Below are positions 47,828 through 58,899 of a stretch of 64,000 nt of DNA, piece by piece. The stretch is from Eukaryota sp. TZLM1-RC. Taxonomy: Eukaryota; Protista; Metamonada: BaSk clade. The position numbers and the translations under genes were made by a program. Numbering within the stretch: position 1 is the first letter of the stretch; the number at the start of each line of letters is the position of its first letter. The stretch lies in contig JAUPSS010000011.1 in assembly GCA_040285825.1 (NCBI GenBank), positions 1,003,658 to 1,067,657 on the forward strand, given 5' to 3'. A model generated the notes under the pieces. That model worked only from the letters and a program-made list of their open reading frames with translations. It ran no database searches and had not been told where the DNA came from.

Positions 47828-48763
47828 CTAGTTTCTTTGTGGTCTCTGGAACGCTTCTGGTCTTGTTCCATAGTAGTGCTCACTAATTGCAATTTCTAGT
47901 TGATTTAGTGATGCAGAAATGTCCCTAGACCAAACTTGATTACATTCTGGACAACTGAAATAGGCGTTGTCAACTTTAACTTCACCATCAACTTCTCGAT
48001 AGATCTTTTTGTGTAGCATCTTGCAGCAGTTGACCTTTGCAGATGTCATATATTCATCTCCGATCTTCACATTAGCAAATGAACGTTGTAACAACTTGAG
48101 AAACGCCTTGCGTGGTGTTTTAACTTTTTGACGTGATGTACCACCACCTCCATTGCTAAACCACACCTTTACTTCTCGACCGTCTGCAAATTTTTTCACT
48201 TTGTTGATAATGGAGCGGATCTTTTCTGTTTTCCTATAAAGAAGTCAAATGTGTTTCTATTCAATGCTTTTCGAGCACTCAGATATAATTGCTGCTTTAG
48301 CAATGATCGTCTTACGTTATTACCTCCTTAGTCCTTTCAGTCACCGATAGTTTATATTTCAAGCAGGTAATGGTTCAATTTCTGCACGTCATAAACATCT
48401 TTTGATGATTGATTTTTTGTTGCTTTGGTGCCAAAAAGATTTGGATACGGTCGGCCCTGAACGTGTTCCAATGCTTGAACCACATAGATTTGAGTGGTTG
48501 GGGTTGATGGCCCAGAACACCATTTCCGTCTCATCATCAGGGGCCTGCCACTCAGTTGCTTTAGGTTACTGGCGAGGTCTTGGCCGTTCAACCTTGGCTT
48601 GCAAGGTATGTTTTCTATTCCGAGTGGTTTCGTAGTAATCAAGTTCCCCTCTGGATCTCTGATCAACCAAGGCTTCTCCAGACAATCTCACTCGTGTTGC
48701 TTGGGGGTGCGTTCTGAAAGTTATATGGACACTATCACCATTAGAAGACATGGTTGTAGTCAT
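47828..48763 (-). pseudogene. Degenerate Fanzor (eukaryotic TnpB/Cas12-like RNA-guided nuclease), Fanzor1-like
   Basis: In order: SNGDSVHITF (TDGVSVSV-like), WAINPNHSNL (RuvC-I, D to N), RNTFDFFIGKQK, WFSNG, DEYMTS..CC (RuvC-II), CPEC..WSRDISASLN (Zn finger plus RuvC-III) and GTRPEAFQR. Several stops and frameshifts upstream of 48199. Confidence 0.8.
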
Positions 48764-49074
48764 TAGTTTTTGTTTTAAACAATAAATATCAGTTTTTCAA
48801 AATTGCATATCTTGACTATCTTGACTAAAATTGACTGTCTACTCCAGTCTAACGTACTCCTGATATACATGAACTTCTAAAGTCTAATGAGCAGAAGATT
48901 TTTGAACTTATTGAATTCCAATTGAAACTGTATTGAAGACACTTGTAATGTTAGTCAATATGGCTTCCTTGCAGAGATTGATTTTAACCAATTTTATATT
49001 AATGTTGATGATAAATGAATAATTAATGATAATAATTTGTGTAAATACTAGTGGATAATATTTATAACTTAATA

Positions 49075-51755
49075 TATTTATTGAACATGCACACTTAATA
49101 AAATTAACTCATAACTAATGGGACGACTATCATTGAACCAAGATTTCCTCTACAAAATCTTGATCTGCTTGCTGTCTAGCTGAAATTTCTCTTATTCGAT
49201 TGTATAACCGAGGTAATCTCTATTAATAATGGCAAATTGAATCCAAAAAAGCCATAAAAAATATCAAATTTTTTCATTGTTTTTTCTTGCACCATTTTTT
49301 GGAAGTCATTCAAAAAAGTTTCTGCTTCATGAGTGAATTAAATCAAAAATATCCAAAAATTGAAATTACAGCTCATATGGATGACATTTCAATAATTCGT
49401 CTGATTGATTCATTGAGAAGAATTGCTGAAATTGTTCAACAGCGCTATTATGAAATTGGTCTTTCATTCAACATTTCCAAATGTTTATTGGTTGGTAGAG
49501 ACCCTGCTGAATTCGTTATTGATGATCTAACTGTTTCTTTCATCAACTATCATGAATCAGGATTTCGTTCTTTAGGTTGTTATCTAGGAAATTTTGATGA
49601 AATTCGAAATCAACTTTCATCTTTTTTAGCAAATTGTGAACAGGAACTTGCTGTTCTTTCAGATTTAAACATAGAAAAACATCTCAAATTCTTCTTTCTT
49701 AGAATTTGTGATTCAGGAAAATTTACTCATATCCTGCGTTCAACCACACCATCCATTTTTTTTGATTTTTGAGGATTTTTCAACGAATTAAGAACCAAAT
49801 TTTTGGCTAATTTTCTCGATATTGATTCTTCTTTTTTACGTAGTCATATTTTTTGTAGCACAGTATTGGGAGGCCTAGATTTTCACAAATCTAAATATTT
49901 GTGTAAAGCTGCCTTTATTGGTGGAAGCAAAAAATTTCGTTTTTGAATTTTTGAAACTTTTTCCTGAAAACCAGCATTTAATTGAATGTTGTGTTAGTGA
50001 TTATTTGGTGTCTTTGCAGAATGAAATAGGCTGCATCTTTCCCCAAATATGATCCAAATGCTGTTCTACCGAAATTCAAGAAATTTTACCCAGAAGTTTG
50101 TTTTCTTTAAGATTTCCATACGCCAGATTGCAGAAAAAAACACTGAAAGTTTTGGAAAACTTGGATTTTACTGTACGTCTTAGCTTGGCTAAAGAAAAGA
50201 ATCCCCTTTTTGCTAATTTTTGCTAACTTTTTAATTGATCTTAAGTAAGGTAGCTTAAGTTGTCTTATTTCTCAAATCCCCATGTCTATGGTTTATTGTT
50301 GAATGATCATCAATGGACAACTGCCCTAAGGATGTGGTGTTTTCTGTGACCATGCAGTGTGCCAAATGATTTGATTTGTCGTTGTGGACAGCTCATCAAT
50401 CTGAATCATTTATTCGACTGTTAATTTGATATTTCATATCGCTCAGTTGTTCACGATGCTGTTAGAGACCAACTATACGCTATTTGCAAAAGTAATCACA
50501 TTGAAGCTTTTGGTGAACCAATTGTGCGTAAGTTGTCTCCTGAAAATGAAGATGAGAATACTTTTGATGAGAAACACCGTGCTGACTTAATTACACTAGG
50601 CTCTGATGGTGTAATAAAAGTTGTTGATGTTGTCACTGTTGATGTTTGTAAGGATTCAGCAATTGATTTTGCCAATAAAGATGAAACTCCACTTTGCTTT
50701 GCTGAAAAGAGCAAAATCAAATAGTACAATGAACCCTTATCTCAGCTAGGATGTGTTGAGCATGTCAAGTATCAGCTGGTTCCATTTGCTGTTTCTCTTT
50801 TTGGTAACATTGGAATATCTGGCATTAAATTTCTGGAAGGTTTCAGAAGTTTAATAAAAGAATGAGCAGGAAAAGAATTGAACTTTAATTTCTGACACAA
50901 CAGAATTGTTTTCAATATTCTTAAAGCAATTTCCGAAATGATAACCAAAGCACTGTTACATATAGGAATAAAGTACGAGAATCGCGCATTGAAGAGATTT
51001 GATGATGTTGATGCGTGTAGTGAGGATATTGAGTTCTAGTTTTTTGTTTAGTGGTTTTGTTAGCGTTTCAAAATAAAAACAAATTTAATAAAAATTACAA
51101 CAATAATTAACAATATTTTTTGAAGGCTTCAATTTTAATGTTCGTTTTGTATCAGCTCTATTGTATGTTAAAATCTTACAAGATCGAATTCTTTTTAGAA
51201 CCTTTGCTTTCCAAGTTGGCTGATGAAGCTGACAGAAATTTTTTGGTGACAGCCGTGGTGATGTGTTAGTTCTGGTCTTGATGGATCAATAATCATTATT
51301 GACGTCAGATCTACTGATGTATCAAACAGCTCAAATGAAAAACTGGCACTATCTTATAATTCATCTTTACGTAGAGCTGAAGAAGCGAAAATTATCAAAT
51401 ATGCTGAAAAAATCATTAATCTGAATTCCAACTCACATACTCAATACCTTCTTTGTCCTTGTGCTTTTTCTGTATTTGGAACATTGGGTAAAACTGCGTT
51501 ATCATTTATAGACGATTTTTCATCTATTGTGAAAAACAGAGCTGGAAGAATATTTGACCGAACCTTTTGGCAAAATAGAATTGTATTTTCTATTTTTAAA
51601 GGAATGTACAGCCTAGTTTCTAGCTCGTTGTTATCACTAAGAAGATTTTATGAAGAAAATGCTGAAGCTAAATTTTCAATTGTAGATGTGGTGTTTGAGG
51701 AAATAGACTTTTAGTTCTTAACAATTTCGTGTGAATAGATAAAGTCATATAAAAA
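49075..51755. mobile_element. Old RLE fragments: D tail (-, about 49075-49320), F (+, about 49325-51095), minor family (+, about 51120-51755)
   Basis: ORFs 49287..49772, 50524..50724 and 51484..51714, with heavy decay. Confidence 0.78.
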
Positions 51756-52376
51756 AGCACTGAACAAATGGGTTTGTGCGAAAAAGTTTACAAATTTGCG
51801 TTACAATTGTATTAAATTACATTGTTAAATTGTAAACATTGTATTACTTTCAGTAAGCAAGGTTTACTCCATCTCTTCCATCATTTTCACTATTTCAACA
51901 TTCATCCATATGAATAAAAGTCACATATGGCATGCAGGCGTCCTCTCGAATACTCCACTTCATCATAAGCATTATTAGGGGAAATGTAATCAAATACAGG
52001 GTGTTTGCTACCAGGCCATGGTATTTGGAACAAAGAAAGGAGAAAGGAATAATGAAATGAAATTGACCACCAAGAAAACCACCATGATGGCACCACGTGC
52101 CACCACGTGGTGGTATCCGAACACTGTTTGTATCCATTTGTATTTTCTCTATTTGGATCACTTGCTCTTACGGCTATCCGTTTCATAAAATTCATAAATC
52201 AACCCAACCCATTGACGCCCCTATATGCTACTTTAAGGTAACTCTAGAGACCACATTCACGTGAATAATTTCATTTACAGGAAAAGGGTATCTCCATAAG
52301 CATTGCGAAGAAATCTGACATGAAAATGAACTGACAGTTTTGCATCAATAAAGTGCGAAAGTATCTGTGCATTGAT

Positions 52377-52937
52377 ATGTGTTCTAAGCCTGGGTTTTGG
52401 TGTGCTTCCCATTATGGATTTGAAGACCTTTTCTTTAATGGAGACTTTAACCCTTTTATTTTACCTGTGGGTTTTGCCTCCTGGATCATCATAGCAAAGT
52501 TGCTTAACAACGGTTCTGTGCATTGGAAGCCAATCCTAGTGGCAGCAATTTCAATGTTTGGAATCTTTTTGGAACTTGTTAATTGTTCACTTAAACTTTC
52601 CACCAAAGTCGATCATATTGTGTTTTTTACTGTAGGTCTGCTTCAGTTGATTGTTTTAACTTGTTTTGCGGTTCTGATGTGTCTTCTTCTACCCTATATG
52701 GCCCTCCCAGTTGTCCATTCAGTGATTGGTCTGTTTATGACAACAGTTTTGGCAGGAGTTTGGTATGGCCAACCAAATCATCAAATCAATGAACATGTCA
52801 AATTCTATGAAGAACTCGATCACAAATTGGATCGATTAATCGAAGCCATCAACGGTAGGCCCCCAAAGCCGTCATTTGAAACAGAGCTACAATCATTAAT
52901 CGAGCCACTCTCTGACCTCTTGGCTCGTCATAATTGA
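52377..52937 (+). CDS. Hypothetical multi-pass membrane protein with helical C-terminal tail
   Basis: ORF 52353..52937 (first ATG 52377) with about 4 hydrophobic segments. No family recognised. Confidence 0.5.
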   Translation: MCSKPGFWCASHYGFEDLFFNGDFNPFILPVGFASWIIIAKLLNNGSVHWKPILVAAISMFGIFLELVNCSLKLSTKVDHIVFFTVGLLQLIVLTCFAVLMCLLLPYMALPVVHSVIGLFMTTVLAGVWYGQPNHQINEHVKFYEELDHKLDRLIEAINGRPPKPSFETELQSLIEPLSDLLARHN

Positions 52938-53191
52938 ACAGTTCAAGACTTTGTAACAGTGTTTTCTCATTATACTAACAGTAGTTTCTATTGTTAACTA
53001 TTACTAACTATTGTTAGTATGGTGCGAAAACACTGTTACAAAGTCTAGAATTGTACGATGATGACGGTCCAAAAGGTCAGAGAGAGGTTCGATTAATGAT
53101 TGTAGCTCTGTTTCAAATGACGGCTTTGGGGGCCTACCGTTGATGGCTTCGATTAATCGATCCAATTTGTGATCGAGTTCTTCATAGAATT
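52801..53191. repeat. 391-bp inverted repeat (186-bp arms, 19-nt spacer)
   Basis: 52801-52986 pairs with 53006-53191 without indels. The outer 103 bp are perfect. Confidence 0.95.
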
Positions 53192-54597
53192 CTTAACAGG
53201 ATAAATACCTTTCAAAACTTACCCCAATTCGCAACTTTTACCATCATCACATGAAGTCTTCAAGGTTTCGTCCAAAATATTATTGACAGAACTGAATTTG
53301 CTTCAAAGTCGGAATGAATTAAAAGGAATTTTGGGAAACATGGAAATAGAGCTTGATTCATATTTTTCTTTTGATTTTCAATAAAAATATAGTTCAAATT
53401 TTTTTAGAAAAATATATAAAATTTTTCACGCTTAAAATTTGCGATAGTGGAAGAATAACCCACAGCTCTTTCTATAGCATTATATTTTTGTCGATTCTTT
53501 AATCCATTGAGGAGAGAATTCTTTGCAAAATTAGTGGATGCAGATCCAGAAATATTGAAAAATCATTTATTTTTGGCAGCAATTTTTGGTGGTGTCGGGA
53601 TTTACTAAATTCTCTATTTTGTGTCAATCAGCTTTTTGGTGGAAGCAAGAATTTTATTTAAGAGTTTGGACTTTGGACTTTTTCTTTAAAAGGGACGAGG
53701 GAACGGGGTCCGTTCACGTAACTTTTTTGTTTAATCTAGAAAGAGAGGTGGGATCTGGGTCCGCGCCTGTTCCTTCAATATCTATTTTTACAGAAGGAGG
53801 GACCTCGTCCGATCTTTCGACTGCTTCTTGAAAAGGTATGTGGGAACCGGGTCCGTTCACTCGATAACCTACTGTTTGTGTAGTAGCTACTGCAGTTGCT
53901 GTTGCATTGTGTGAGATAAATATAATGGGTCAGAGATGTCTGACATGCTGATGTTTTGCTGATAACTGTTACTGATAAGTTTTGCTAGGTTTTGCTGAAA
54001 TTATGTGCAATATACCTATTGACTTGAAAGTGGCCATTAACGATTGTTGCCTTAAGTGTAATGTGATTAGAGAAAGTGAATGAAAACAAAGTTGAACATA
54101 TTGTATAAGCCTTGGGGCACCAACACTAGGGGACAACACCTTTAAAAATAAAAAATACAATGCTGTTTTGCCAAAACACTTTGTCAAAAACTCTTCCTGT
54201 ACATTGTTTTACAATTTCAACAAAACCATCCAAACAAGATACAACAAGTGTTCCAAGTGTTCCTTGTAGGGAAACGGCAAATGGGCAGAATCCATAATCA
54301 GTGATCACAAACCAGATGTTGTAACTGACTTCAATAATGAAAAATTTGATCTACCAGTGACTAATATTGACACTTGTTGTCTCATTTTTTGGCAGAAGAG
54401 TGAAATGCTTCATTGAATATATTTCCAGTGATCACATTTGAATGGTGAACCTAGACCAGTATTCCTACGAAAAACTATGGTTGATGAAGGTTCAAAAAGA
54501 ACGCCATATTAAGACAATCTTCAAAAACTTCTAGATTACAAGAAACCATCAGAAAAATTAATTTGGTCACTTTTTGTTGAAGACAATATCTGTAAGA

Positions 54598-55941
54598 ATG
54601 ACCAACATTCAACTTGTTGCAGGTCGATTTGCTGCTTCCACTACGTGGTTTTCTATCTTCTTCATCATTGCTAACACCATCTTCTATCTTCTATCTGGTT
54701 TTTCCATATCAATTCTTCGATTCACACTCATTGGACTCATCGTCCACATCTTCTCTACTCTCTCCTACCTTCGCTGTTCTACCTTCAAACCTCCTTACCA
54801 TGATTTCCGATCCTGGATACTTCACCTTAACGCTAACCATGCCGTTTTCTTCGTCACCAATCTTGTCCTCCTCACTTTCCTCTCTACTTTCACTCCTCTC
54901 TCTTTCAAACTCTCTCTTCTTCTCTCATTCATACTATCTTCTTATCCTTTCTTCCATGGTGCTTTCTTTTTCCACTTTTCTCTTGTGCCAACCACTCTTA
55001 TTATCAGAATTCGCTCTTCTCTTATCTCAGTAGTCAAATCTTCTTCCATTATTTCTTTCCCTGTTTTCTTTTTTGCTTTGGTGGGTTGCTTTAATTTTTC
55101 TCTATTTAATACCTATATCAGAATTTTATCTATATTTTTTATTTCATTTTCTACAATATTATTTAGAAATCTCGTTGCTATTTTATTTACCCAACCGTTA
55201 AATTTAAATATTCTACTTCGAAATCCCTTATTCAAAGCATTAAATGATTTGTCAGCAAGTTCAGAAAGGTTCAAAAAGAAGGATTTATTTGTTTCAAAAC
55301 AGAAGTCCAATAATCAGAATTTGATTGATTGGCACAATTTAATTTATTTACATTATTTAGTAGGCACTGCCATGTCTGATGACGTTACCAAATTGTCTGG
55401 AGAAGACAATATCGACCTTATTTTTGACCTAGTCAAGATTGATCTTGACCATGAAATTTTTAATCTTGATCAATTTTTAAATGAAAATGCCCCTGTGATT
55501 AGAATCTTTTCATTTGAAAATTATAGTTTTTTTGTTAAAATTTTATTATACGTTTTGTACGGACTTGTATATGGTTCACGAAGAGTTTTTGGCAAAATTC
55601 AAGACATTTTTGGAATTGAAAAAAGTGCAATATTTTATGAAAATTTCAATGATCCTTACAAAGTGATTCTTTCCTTCAAATTATTGAAATATTTGCTCAA
55701 CACTGTTGAATTAAAAAGAATGGATTACAGATGTAGAATTGGTGGTATTATTACTTCTGTTTGTGAATTTTATTCCAAATTAAACAGAGTTGTTGATAAA
55801 ACTAGTGGAATTTCTAATCATGGAGTTATGCTTAGTAATGAGGTCATAAACCTGTTGACTCACGTTGACCCTGAACTTTTATCGTCATTGTCGTTAGATT
55901 CAAATGCTGTTGATGTTTTGAGTGGAATTTTTAGGTTTTAA
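54598..55941 (+). CDS. Multi-pass membrane protein, possibly nucleoporin NDC1
   Basis: About 6 N-terminal TM segments ending in LF..L..ILFTQPL, followed by a helical soluble domain. The architecture resembles NDC1 but this is not verified. Confidence 0.5.
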   Translation: MTNIQLVAGRFAASTTWFSIFFIIANTIFYLLSGFSISILRFTLIGLIVHIFSTLSYLRCSTFKPPYHDFRSWILHLNANHAVFFVTNLVLLTFLSTFTPLSFKLSLLLSFILSSYPFFHGAFFFHFSLVPTTLIIRIRSSLISVVKSSSIISFPVFFFALVGCFNFSLFNTYIRILSIFFISFSTILFRNLVAILFTQPLNLNILLRNPLFKALNDLSASSERFKKKDLFVSKQKSNNQNLIDWHNLIYLHYLVGTAMSDDVTKLSGEDNIDLIFDLVKIDLDHEIFNLDQFLNENAPVIRIFSFENYSFFVKILLYVLYGLVYGSRRVFGKIQDIFGIEKSAIFYENFNDPYKVILSFKLLKYLLNTVELKRMDYRCRIGGIITSVCEFYSKLNRVVDKTSGISNHGVMLSNEVINLLTHVDPELLSSLSLDSNAVDVLSGIFRF

Positions 55942-56021
55942 TTCATTAATCTATTTAATTTATTTTAAAATTATTTGTTTGAACATTAAATTATTATTAA
56001 TATATTTGTTTTTATAATTAA

Positions 56022-56487
56022 ATAATTTTATTTATTTAAAGAATCAAATAAAAACAAAACAAACTAAAACACATAAGAAACTAAATTCTCCACGCCAACT
56101 CTTGATGAATCCTTATAAAGTTTAGACATCATTAAACTCAAGTACTTGGGAACACTTCTGTACAAAGCGAAAATGATACGATTTTTCCATAAATTCTCTG
56201 CAAAATTCTTACCACTTGAACGACATAAATTACCAAAATCATTGATGAAATTCAAGGCGGATTGTCCAATGTTGCCAAAAAACGAAAAGGCAAAAGGAAC
56301 AAACGAAAACTTCGAATAAAGGTTCTTATTTAAATCATTTAATATCTCAGTATATTTATCTCTCTTACGATCTTCAGCCTTGTTTAAATGACCATTAGTA
56401 CTAAGTAAAACATCATCGCGATAAACAAAAGCAAAGGGATCAACTGTAGTGAAATCAACAACAACTTGAGAGGAATCCACAAAAGGA
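56022..56487 (-). mobile_element. Subfamily H-related RLE 3' fragment
   Basis: ORF 56064..56480 is similar to 36423..36953. TSD TTTTTATAATTAA at 56009-56021 and 56488-56500. Confidence 0.8.
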
Positions 56488-57015
56488 TTTTTATAATTAA
56501 TAAATTCTCTTTACTATAAGTGATAACCCTTTTACTAAAATCCAAGAACAATTTATTATAATGATAGTTTAAGAATAAGATTTGCGGTATTCATTGTTAG
56601 AAACAACAACCTTGCATTGGTCCTCTTCTCATTAAATGAACAATTATTGTTCAACTGATAGGCTAAGCTCAACAGGCCCCTATTGATCTTCTGGGAAAAT
56701 AGATTAAACTTACTCTTTATAGTTTTCATTTGACACATACACCATCAAAAATCGTCAGTGTACCTTTAACTATCATTAAATTCGCTTTAGGAAGTAGTTC
56801 TTCACAACACTAGACAGTAATTATTGATTTATTTGCTACAAATATGGAGTAACAACAACAATCCAGTGACACTGTGGTTATTACCATACAATGCAGTGTG
56901 AAGAATGGTTAATTCGCCGTATCAATAAACAAGCATTGAGATATCATAGATAATCAGACAAAAGATATCCTACATTGATCAATACTTAGTACGTAGTACC
57001 TTATGTGTTCTCTTA

Positions 57016-57663
57016 ATGTTCTCCAAACGACCTCCAAGCAAGAATGGAAACACAAATAGCAAGTCCAAGTCAAATGAACACAAGATTTCATCAATGACGC
57101 TTACATCTAGTTCATCTGTTTCAACTTCTAATTCTCTCTCCCTATCTAAGTCATTCTTCCACTATGACATGGTTGTGATTCACCCCTCTGTCATACAAGA
57201 TGTACTTCTAGTTTTCTCTCTCAGTTTTTCATTCCCCAGGGGTTATGGGTCTGAATCTACTGTCACAGTGGATTGCTTATCACGCAAGTGGCCATGCTTT
57301 GGACTATTTATAGATAAGCAACCTTTCCACTCCTGTCTTAAGGACAGGATTTCCAAACTAAGTCGTTCACTTCTAGACCAAATGAGTACAAACTTTTATA
57401 TTAAGTTTGGCAACTTCATTGGAGAGTTTCCATTCACGTTAGACATGGAAAAGTCGACCGATACCACCCTAAAAGACATTTCTCCGACCATACTGGCCAT
57501 CTCCTCTGATGCAGTTAATGGGGCATCCATGGTACAGCTAGCTAAGAATGGTCAAGACGTACTAGATGTGCACATAGGAAGAGAGGCTCCCCCTGATTGG
57601 GGAGATGGGTCATCGGTGAAGGTGTCCAAATTGAGAGTTCTTCCACCTACTATATCTTTGTAA
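57016..57663 (+). CDS. Hypothetical protein (215 aa)
   Basis: ATG-initiated ORF in unique sequence, followed by a T-rich region with AATAAA. No motif recognised. Confidence 0.55.
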   Translation: MFSKRPPSKNGNTNSKSKSNEHKISSMTLTSSSSVSTSNSLSLSKSFFHYDMVVIHPSVIQDVLLVFSLSFSFPRGYGSESTVTVDCLSRKWPCFGLFIDKQPFHSCLKDRISKLSRSLLDQMSTNFYIKFGNFIGEFPFTLDMEKSTDTTLKDISPTILAISSDAVNGASMVQLAKNGQDVLDVHIGREAPPDWGDGSSVKVSKLRVLPPTISL

Positions 57664-57808
57664 GTAGTTTTTGTGTTTTTTTGCGGATTTTTTGTATTTA
57701 ATAAATAAATAAATAGTTTTTTCAAGTTTTTACACACTGCAATTGGTTTAAGCAGCTTGGATTTTGAGAATGGATCATTATTTCTAATATGGTTTACTTT
57801 ATCACCAC

Positions 57809-58290
57809 TGATGCCGTTCTCCTTATGATTCTTGATGTGGAACTGAATGAATGAAATAGATTGAATGAAAAATTAAATAAAGACTAAACATTCATTGCTT
57901 GATTTGATAACCTGAATCGAGTATGAAACTGTAATAAGTTCAAAAGGAAGTTCGTGATGATGCAACTGAAGATTTTATGAATTTGAATAGGTCAAGACCT
58001 AGTGCAAGATTTGTTTTGCTACTGATGATCTAGAAGGATTGGAAAACATTAGTACCTTGAATGTAAGCAGATTTATCACGAAGGGAAAAGGGTTTCCTTC
58101 GACTTGAGCGCAATAGTGTGCAACAGTTAACTGTGGCTAAACGTGACTTTCCCTTTTAGGAAGATAGATCACGTCATCATAGCTTTAAATTGCGCAATAG
58201 TGTACAACAGTACAACAGTATACAATAAACTAATTAAAGACTAAAACTATAATAAACTAATACAAAAACTATAATTCAAGGCTAACGCTA
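57809..58290 (-). mobile_element. Possible solo LTR of a longer-LTR relative of the Gag-only element
   Basis: Shares in the same order TGATGCCGTT (start), AATAAA.ACT..ATTCAT, ATCACGTCATCA (58168-58179) and AATACAAA..ACT..AATTCAA with the 140-bp LTR. Far end and TSD not found. Confidence 0.45.
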
Positions 58291-58680
58291 CTGAAACTTA
58301 ACTTTTTTGCATCTTGAAGAACGATTTCAAACGCTTACTCTTTTGGTGAAGAACAATTCTAGACAAATCAATTTTAACGTTGCCCTGTCAGATGCCGAGA
58401 ATTAAAGTTGCTGTTTAAAGTGGAATTTTTAAAAGCAGTCACTGTACTTGATTTTTCAATTAAATGTTACACTTATGTCTACTAATAAAATACCATGTGT
58501 AAAATAGATTTGAGAAGAATTGTTTTCCAAGAAAGTTCCCATGAGTACTTACAATAATCTTCAATTGATACCTTGCTTAAACCACTTGAACAACAACCGG
58601 ATAACTATTCCCTTTTTCCAGAAGCATTAACAAAGATTGATCCTAGACCTTTTACACAATCATTACTTAATCAAATTAAA

Positions 58681-58752
58681 TCGCATATGGTGTAGTGGCT
58701 AGCATTACTGTCTCTCACACAGTAGACCCGGGTTCGATTCCCGGTATGCGAA
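58681..58752 (+). tRNA. tRNA-Glu (anticodon CTC)
   Basis: Acceptor stem TCGCATA/TATGCGA, anticodon arm ACTGT-CTCTCAC-ACAGT, T-arm CCGGG-TTCGATT-CCCGG. Confidence 0.95.
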
Positions 58753-58899
58753 AATTTGCTGTTGTTTGACATTTTATAAAGTGTCAGAAATTTATTGTTT
58801 GGTGACAATGTTTCTACAAATAGGGCCATATACTCGTTTGCAATCATGATAACCACCTTGAAAACTGTTCACTGTTGGAATGCCAAATATGCAGTGAAT

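Noticed and set aside
47828-48199. Domesticated nuclease-dead Fanzor acting as a repressor
   Set aside because: RuvC-I is D to N, but multiple upstream stops and frameshifts point to a pseudogene rather than a functional protein.
52070-52120. Palindrome CCACCACGTGGTGG as a regulatory or recombination site
   Set aside because: It lies in low-complexity (CCA/TGG)n sequence, probably a decayed Gly/Arg-rich coding fragment.
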